IMG/VR virus record: IMGVR_UViG_3300007622_000007 | Location: 1 to 41,480 of that record | From: a virus | Lineage: Duplodnaviria > Caudoviricetes | DNA: 41,480 nt | Reading direction: 5' to 3' (one strand) | Shown: positions 24,601 through 33,600 of the stretch, in pieces | How the letters are laid out: every line of letters starts with the position of its first letter | How positions within the stretch are numbered: the stretch's first letter is position 1 | Made by a program: the position numbers and the translations under genes | The notes under the pieces: model-generated | What the model saw: the letters and a program-made list of their open reading frames with translations, nothing else | The model's database searches: none | What the model was told of the DNA's origin: nothing

Positions 24601-27600
24601 GCCGCAAAAAATAAATTAGCGTCAATTCCTGCACCTACTGCACCAGTAGTTCTTCCGTCTGGGAAAACTTTACCAAAAACACCTGCTCTGCCTGTATTCA
24701 AACCACAAGAAATTATTAATAAGTCTGTTAGTAAACCAGTTTTCAATATTCCTATGGGGGGAAGCGGTGTTTTAGGCAAGGTTTCATCAGCATCACAATT
24801 AATGGCACTTGCTGGGGTTCTTGAATCTAGTAAAAAAGATTTAGTTGAAATAACTGGAAAAGAAATAGCGGGATTTTATACTTCTTTTGGAAGAGCGATT
24901 CCTGAAGAACTAAAAGATATTTCAAACCTTGCTGGCGGTAAAACGTTTAAAATCCCTGCTCCAACAAAAGCTTCAATAATTAAAAACATATCCGAAGGGG
25001 GTAATTTAGTTTCCAAGATGACTGTTGGAAAAGGTAAAAAGGCTGTTGAAGAAATTGTTGCTCTTAGTCAAAAAGCAAATGCTATTGGGAAGTTAGGTGT
25101 TCCTACAGGAATATTTGATGGCAGCAAGCAATCTGCTGGTGACGTTAGAGAACTTTTTGCAAATATAACAAGTCAAATGTATCCAACGCAAACGGTTGAT
25201 GACATTATGGAAGTTTTCAACGAAGGGCAATCTGGAAAAATGCTTCCAAAAACAAATCTTGGGTTGGGGTCTAATAAAACTATTCCTGGAAAACTTACTC
25301 TTACAGAGTTTGAGAGAATAGTAAATTCAAGACTTGCTCAAGATGCCGAGGTTGGGTTGGTTGAAAAAAATCTCAATCAGTTGCTAAAAGAAAGACAAAC
25401 AATAAGCGACAGAGTTAAGAAAGGTAAAGATCTTAGTACAAGCCAAGCTCTATTGATGGCCCCGGATGCTGTTACTGGTACGGCTATTGACACACAAATA
25501 AGAGGTCTTGAAAGTGAATTAAAACAAACAACAGAAGTAAGAAGGACAAGAATAGAGTCTGCAATTCGCAATGCCGAATCTTCAGGCGCAAGAAGTATTA
25601 CCGCTCGTGAAGGTTATGATCTTGCTACAGAAAGAGCAAAGAATGAAGTCAAGCCATTGGGGGGTGAAATTGCAAAAACAAAAAAACTTCCTGGTGCCGC
25701 AACTAATCCTGATATTGCCAAAAAAATTCAACAACTTGAAGCCGAAAAAGCTAAACGTTTTTCTGAAGCCCTAGATAGAAACCTTTTAAGAGTTGCGCAA
25801 GAACATAGATTGACTGCAGAAGAATTAGCAGAATCTGCAAAAGTAGTAAGTGATAGAGAGATCAAAAAAACTGGAAGAGGTACTTCGTCTGCCCCTATAA
25901 AACGCTATAAAGCAAAATTTGATAAAGATGGAAAACTTATTGGGCAAACTCCTTTAACAGCAAAACAGGCAGCAGCTGCTGAGTTAAGGGAAAAGAAAGT
26001 TCTGACGCTAAGAAGATTGTCTACAACTCCTAACCCTAGTGCGGAACTAATGGGCGATTACATGCGAGATTTCGGGGGGACAGAAGAAGATCTTAAAAAA
26101 GAAATTGAAAATTTTAAAAAAGCCGATACTGCTAGGAAAACAGCTCAAAGAAGAATGGATGAGGTAGATGCGCAGAGAGAAGCAGACAAGGGTGCTCCTA
26201 AAAAAAGAAAGCCTAAACAGACTAGCACCATGCTTTCAAAAGCATCTAAAGCTCGTCAAGAAGCAAAAGAAGAAGCAGAGCTTTTAGCCCAAGAAACAAA
26301 AAAAGCTTCAAAAAGGGCTGTAAAGAAAGCAGATGACGTAGCTGTAAAACTCAGGACTGATGTTCAGAAAGCTGCAGATATTGAAAAAATTATAAAGCAA
26401 AAAGAAGAATATCAGCGCGGAGTAACTGCACGGGATGCTCTTAGGGCATCTAAAAGCAATAGGGGGGTGCGTGTTCGTAGAGGCACTATACCAATGGGAA
26501 CTGGGGAGCCTACTCCTCTTATAGCATCACCTAAAAGAGGAATTGTTGAACAAAGAGATCTGATTAAGGCAGAGATACGGAAGACTAAATATAATATAAA
26601 GAGACTTGCAAAAGAAGCAATTGAAACAGCTAAAAGCGCTGAAACATTTAACGCTTTAAATGGAATAACTGAAACCATAGATCACAGTCAAACCCAAGTT
26701 AATAAAGACCTTAGAAGGGCTCAAACAAAATTAACTAATTTGAATAGAAGGCTTAAAGCAGTTAGCCCTGCAGCTAGCCAATCAACCGCAAGAACGGTTC
26801 CGCGCCCAAGAAGACCAAATATTGCCTTTATGGTTCCTGCTGGTGATTCAGTTCCTGTAAGCGGAGGAATCCCTGGGTTTGATAAAGGGCCAGGCGGTAT
26901 TCTTAACCCAGTCTCATCTATGGTTGATTCAACTAAGAGACAAGTAGTTACTTATAAAGAATTAATGCTTAGAGCTATTAATGATTTTGAGGTTTCAGCC
27001 AAGGGCAACCCTAAAGAAATTAAAGCTATTGCAGCAATGATGAGGAGTACTTTAAATGATGTTCCGGGGGCAATGAGCGGCCTTATCAATAGCCTAGTTC
27101 CTGCAGAGCAAATTGACGAAGTGATGAAATCTTTAAAATTAGAATTAGATGGAGTCAATAAGAAAACAAAACAGTCATTAAGTAAAATGCAGAAAGGTGC
27201 TGCGCATAGGTTTAAGAATATTAAAAAGATGTTTGCAGACGATTCAGGTGCGGTATATGGTTCACTAGATGCAAAAACAAGTAAGGGTGTGTCATCTTTT
27301 GGTGAGGCAGCTAGGGCAGGAAATATGGCCAAGCAATCGGCAACAGCCAAATCTATTGCTCCTTATGCTTTAGCTGATGTATACGCAAAAAGTGTAAGAA
27401 ATCTTGGATATAACGCCATGGATGCTTCTGGTAAAGCGGCTTCTGGTGTTGCGGAAATGAATGTTGGTGCAACAGAAGCGTCAGCAACAAAATATAAAGT
27501 TCAGCAATTGTTAAAAACTAAAAATATGAAAACTGGTGCAAAGTATTCATTAGAAGAATTGTTGGCCGAAAGTAAAATTTCACAATCTGCTGCTGATTTA

Positions 27601-30600
27601 TTTAAAGGTGATATTAGCACAATACAAAAACCTATAGAAGAATTAAATAAAGCAGCGGAAAGTACAAAGGAAGTTATTACTGGTGCTGCAGAAAAAATTG
27701 ATACTGTTGGCGAAAACTTAGATGAAGCTGCTGAGGCAATTAGTAAAGCAGCAGAAGTTCCTGTGATTGACAAGCCAGAAGTTTCTCCAAAAACTCCTGG
27801 AGTTTCTTCAACACCCACCGTTCCAGGACCTATTGTTGGTGCACCTTTAGTAACCGGGGACATTCCTGTTAATACAGAAATAGGAGAAATTGATAACAGA
27901 ATATTAAAGTTAAAAGAAAAAATTGCAAAAAATGAAGAAAAACTATTAAACATTTTGCCTACATCTAAAGCGCAAGCAATTGTTCTTGAAGAAGCAAGAA
28001 TTTTAAGCCTTACAGAACAAAAAGCTGCTGCACTTGCTGAAGGCAAAGATTCAAAAGCAAGACTAATTGGGAGACAAATTACTGAATCTAACAAGAGGTT
28101 AAAATCCCTTAATAATGAAAAAGAAGCCCTTGAAAGAGCTACTAAGGATTTGATAACTAAAGATAATAAAACTTTGAAAGATTTAAATACCGCTCGTGCG
28201 AAAGCATTGAAAGCTGCTCAAGCAACAGCGGCAACTTCAACTGCTGGCTCTGCTGGAAAATCTGTTGGAAAACAAGCCGCGCAAGTTGGAACAGCGGGAG
28301 CCGCAGCGGGAGTAGTGGCGGCAGCTTCTGATGGTGGTCTTGTAGGTACTCTGGTTAATACTCTTGATGAGTTTGAATTAGAAATAGATAGCGCTTTGGC
28401 TAACATATTTAAAGGACCAAATTTGTTTATTGGTCCAAACAAATTTATTAGCAATGATTTTATTAATGCCAAATCTGTAAAAATAAAAGATTTAGCAAAA
28501 GGAGGAGGGGGGTCTGGCTCTCCTGTTGGCGGAGGTTCTGGTTTTAGAAAAGTTAAAATGGGGCCAGGTGGTGTTGTTAGTGAAGCAACAAGTTCTGTAG
28601 ATGATGTAGCAAGATCAGTAAAAAGTCCTTTAGCAACAATTAAAGAAAGAGATAGGATACTCAAACCATCTTTGGGGCAAAGAAAATTACCTATTATTGA
28701 TGGGCACACGCCGAGAGCTCCTTTGCCGATCAATAAAGATTTGTTGGCTAGGTTAGATGTTAGAAAAGCTCAAAAAGCAGCAGCAGCATCTGCTGTTGCA
28801 GACCCAATTACTCCTGCTGTAAAATCTATATCTAAAAAAATAATGGATGGTGGAAGCAAAATTGGGTCTTCGTTGCTTAAAGTTTCTAAATCTGTTTCTC
28901 AAGCCGCTTTTGAAATAAGTAAAACTGCTTTGTCTAATTTGTCTTCTGGCGCTGGAAAAATTGGTAAAGGTGCAGCAAGAACTATTATTGATAATCAAAA
29001 ATTGATTAAACCAGCAAATGTTTATAAAGGTTTTGACATGATTAGCCAGGCTAGATCAAAAGCTTCATCTGGGATTTTGGGATCTGTAAGCCCTAGCCTT
29101 ATGAAGGCGTTGACTGGTTCAATTTCAGAGATGGGGCGTGTTTCTGCTCAAACAGCCAAGATTATGAGTGGGCAATTACTTTTGTCAATTAAAGAAATAA
29201 ATTCTTCTATGCAAAGTAGCAAAATAATTAAATTGTGGACAACTATGTTGTTTGCTGGGACAAACAAAATTATTCCATCTTTAAGGGCTGCTACTTCGGC
29301 TATTTTCAAAATGGACTTGTCGCAAAGAAAAGCTGCAGTTAGTGCTGCTTTATTACATAAAGCAAATACTAAAGGTTCAGCGTTGTCTTTTGGTTCAAAA
29401 ATGCTTACGGGGTTGAATGCGTTTACTGGTGCTAGCGGTTTGGCTATAGGGGCAATAGGTGGAATTAGAAAAGCAGTAGTTGGCCTTGTTGTTACTTTCT
29501 TAAAATTTAATGCGCTAGCCATGCTTGTTGCTCCAATTGTTTTGTTAATAGTTGGAATGTTCTCGTCTATAAAATCTTCAGGAGCTAAAACAGCTGTTGC
29601 TATGGATAAGATTAAACAAGCTTTTGCGTTAGTAAAAGAAGCAATTATCACTCTGGCTAATCCGATTATGGATATGGTTCAAGCTTTTGGAGGCTTTACT
29701 CGTTTAGGATTGCAAGAACAAGGTCAAAAAACTTCTGGTGCTTTGACTACTTTAGCTGAAATGATTAGAAGGGTTGCATCAGCATTTAATTCTTTTGCAA
29801 AAAGTTCTGGTGTCCAATATGTTGCTAAAGTTATGGTTCCTGTGCTAACAAGAATTATAAATAGGTTTATCTTGCTTGGTCGCGCAATTGGTGATGCTTT
29901 TAGAGGCAATGGTGTGTCTGCCATGAAGAACATGAAAGCTTTAATGCTTAGCATAGTGTATGAAGCTTTTGCTGTTGTTAAAAAATTAATGTCATTTATA
30001 GCAAATTTGTTAATTTCAAATTCTAAAATGGTCGGGGATTTTATTGCAACTGTTGTTGATAATTCAATAAAAATGTTTATAGCAATAGCCGCAAAGTTGC
30101 GAGAACTAGCTTTGTTTGTTGGCAGTGTTCTTGTAGGCATGGGTGTTGCTGCTGGCGTGGTTTTTGCTCCTGCTGGCGTTGCCTTAGCAACTATGGGATC
30201 CTCTTTGCTAGCTTTTGGTGCAGGAACTTTTGTTGCGGAAAAAGCGTTTGATAGATTTGGTAAATCTATTAAGACTGGTGTTGCAAATGTTTCAGGAAAA
30301 ATAGTAAAAGGTATTGGGGGAGCTTTTGGGGCAGCTGCTATTTTGTCTCAAAAGGCTCAAGATAAATTAAATAAGAGTTATGAAAAAATAACTGGTAAAG
30401 GAATTAACCTTCCAATAGCAAGACTTTTTGCTGACCCAAATCAAGTTGCTAAAGAGATTAAAGATTCTGTTGTTAAAGCTGCGCCTGATGCGCAAGCTGG
30501 TGGTGAGGGTATTGGTTCTGCGATTGCAAAAGGTATTAAAAATAAATTGTTAGAAATGAAGACAAATTGGACAGAAAAATTCTTTGGTAATCTTGATCAA

Positions 30601-33600
30601 GAATTTGATAAAATATCTGGGAAAATAAAGAAGCAGCTTGACAAGCAAAAAGAAAATGCGCTTGATGGGTATGATGACATGATTTCCGGCATAGAAGCTC
30701 TTGCAGAAGCCGAAGAGAAATTAACAAAGAAAATAGATTATGAAGAAAAACGTCGCGAAATGATTCGTGACCGAAGTGTTGATGCTGAAAATTATATTCG
30801 TGAACGAAAACTTGCCATATACGAAGGTCGTTATGAAGATGCGAGAAGGATGGATGGCGAAGAAAGAAAAGCTAAATTATCAGCAGCTAAGGAATTAAAA
30901 GACCTTGATCAAAGTTTTAATAGAGATTTGCAAGCTGAGCAAAGGGAAATTGCAAAAAATATTATTGAGAATGAAAAGAAAATCGTAGAAGAAAAATTTG
31001 ATTTGTTAATGGAAAATTTTGATGATCAAGTAGATATTCTTAAAAAAACAGGGTTTGCTACACAGGAAGAGTTTAAGAAGGCTTTAAATTCTATAGGTGA
31101 TTTGGGGTTGGATTTTCACAATAATATGACCAAGACTTTCTCTGATTCAATGAAATCATTGCCAACGGCAATATCTTCTATGAGAGATGGCGCTATTCCT
31201 ATGTTTGATACTGAGATGTCAACATTAGTTGATATAGCAGCCAAAAAATTTGGTGCAAGTGCAAATGTTAAAGACCCTTCGTCTATTCTCGGAGCGGCAT
31301 ATTTTATGGCAAACGGAATGTCGGATGCTTTTAAAACAGCATTTGATTCTAGTCTAATCACTCAATACATGCAGCCTACGATGACTGCTTTAACGGATTT
31401 GGCTAAAAAAACTTTAAGCGATACTGACCCTGAAGGTTTTGTTTCTTTGTGGAAAAAAGCAGGAAAACTTGCTGCTTTAGAAATGATTAATGAATTAAAA
31501 CGATCAATTGCTGCACTTAAAGGTGAAATTTTTGATGAGTTTGCTAAAATATTTGAAGATTTATTTAAAGAACTAGAAAGTCTTTCTATTATTGAAGCAA
31601 CTTTAAGAGTTAAGCGCGAAAGAGAAACTGGCGGTGGCGGCGATGGAGAAAAAACTCCAGGAGCTTCATCTCCAAAACTAGACGAGAAGTCAATACGCCC
31701 TAGGGTTCCCGAAGGTTTTACCACTGCCGATACATATCTTGCAAAACTTGGGTTAAATAATATGCCTATTAATTTTGAAATTCCTGACGTGAAACCAATG
31801 AATGTTGTTTTGGAGTTGATAAAAGATATTTGGAACGGAATGAGTAATGTAGGAAAAGCGATAACTGGCTTTATTGGCGCTATTGGTGGAGTATTATTAG
31901 CTGTTGGAATATTTAAACAATTGTTGATAATCGTAGAAGCGGTAAAATTTGCTTTCTTTGCTATACAATATTACCTTTACGCCGCATTTGGTGCTGCAGC
32001 AGGTACTATTGCGGCAGTAGTGCTTGCTATCGGAGCGGTTATTGGGGCTTTAGTTTGGGCATATTTTAGGTTTGAAAAATTTAGAGATTTAGTGAATGCA
32101 AGTGCGTCTGTAATATGGGATTCAATTGTTTATGTGTGGGATGCTGCTTGGGCTGCTGTTTCCGGGTTTGTTTCAGGCACCTTAGATTACCTGAAGAATC
32201 TTTGGAGTTCAATTAAGGGATTTGCAAGTGAAGCTTGGAATTCAATTAAGGGAATTACTATGGATACTATTGGCAAAATTATTTCTTTCTTTGTTGACGG
32301 GTTTAATGCTCTTAAAGACAATATTGCTGGTTTTGCTGAAAGTTTTTCCGATTTTACAAAGAAAGTAGTTGGTGCTGTTGTAGATGCTGTAAAAACAATT
32401 GCTGCTCCGATAATGGAATTTTTAAATAAAATTGTAACTGGGATTGGAATTGTTATTGGGGTTGTTATTGGCGCAATTGTCGGCTTTGTTGGCGGTCTTA
32501 TTGTTATAATTGTAAACATTTTTGATAAAATAAAAGGTCCACTATTTAGTATTACTGGTTTTATTATTGATGTTTTTGCAAAACTATTTGACATACTAGG
32601 TCCTATAATGGAATTTGGTATTAAGATTATTGCTGCAATTTTAGCCAGTCCGTTTAAGATTTTAAACAAAATAATTGATATTGCTGTTGGGGCGATCAAA
32701 ATATCACTCGGGATTGTTGTTGGGGCTTTTGGAATTGTAGCTAGTGCAGTTGGGTCATTTATTGGAGCCATAGTGACTGTGTTTACAGCAATAACTACAA
32801 ACCCAGTTTTTGTGTGGATTCGTGATTTCTTATTTAGAGTTTTGATGTTAGGAATATTTTTAGTAGCAATTTCATTGCAAAATACGTTTAAATTATTAGT
32901 TTCTTTGTTTACTGGAATAATAAAAGTTATGAAGCCAGTAGGTGAATTTATAGTGGGTGTTTTGGTTGGCGCTTTTGAGGTTTTGAAAACTGTAATTTCA
33001 AAAATTGGCGATGGAGTATCTTATGCGTTTAATTTTATTTTTGATATAGTTAAAAATGTATTTGACAAAATCTATTCAATTGTAAGCAATTTTGTTAGTT
33101 GGTGGAATGATAATGTTGGGTCTTTGTGGTTATTGCTTATAACTCCTTTTGTTGTTCTTTATGAATCTTTAAAGAGATTATTTTCTTTTATTGGTGACAA
33201 TTTAGGGCCTGTTCTTTCTGCAGTATGGGATGGTTTTAAAACAGCTTTGTCTTTTGTTTTTGATTTGGTTAAAGGATTTGCCGAATATATTGCTGGTGGG
33301 TTTGTCGGTATTTGGAATGCTTTAAAGACGATCCTTTCAGTAGTCTGGGATGGTCTAAAAATTGGTCTATCTTTTGTTTTTGATTTAATTACTAAACTTG
33401 CTGGGTATATTGCTACTGGGTTTATTAGTATCTGGAATTCACTGAAGACAGTCCTTTCTGCGGTTTGGGATGGTTTTAAAATAGCTTTGTCTTTTGTTTG
33501 GACTTTAATTAAGGGGCTTGCTGGATATATTGCTGGTGGGTTTATTGGTATTTGGAATGTATTGAAGATAGTTCTTTCCGCAGTGTGGGATGGTCTAAAA

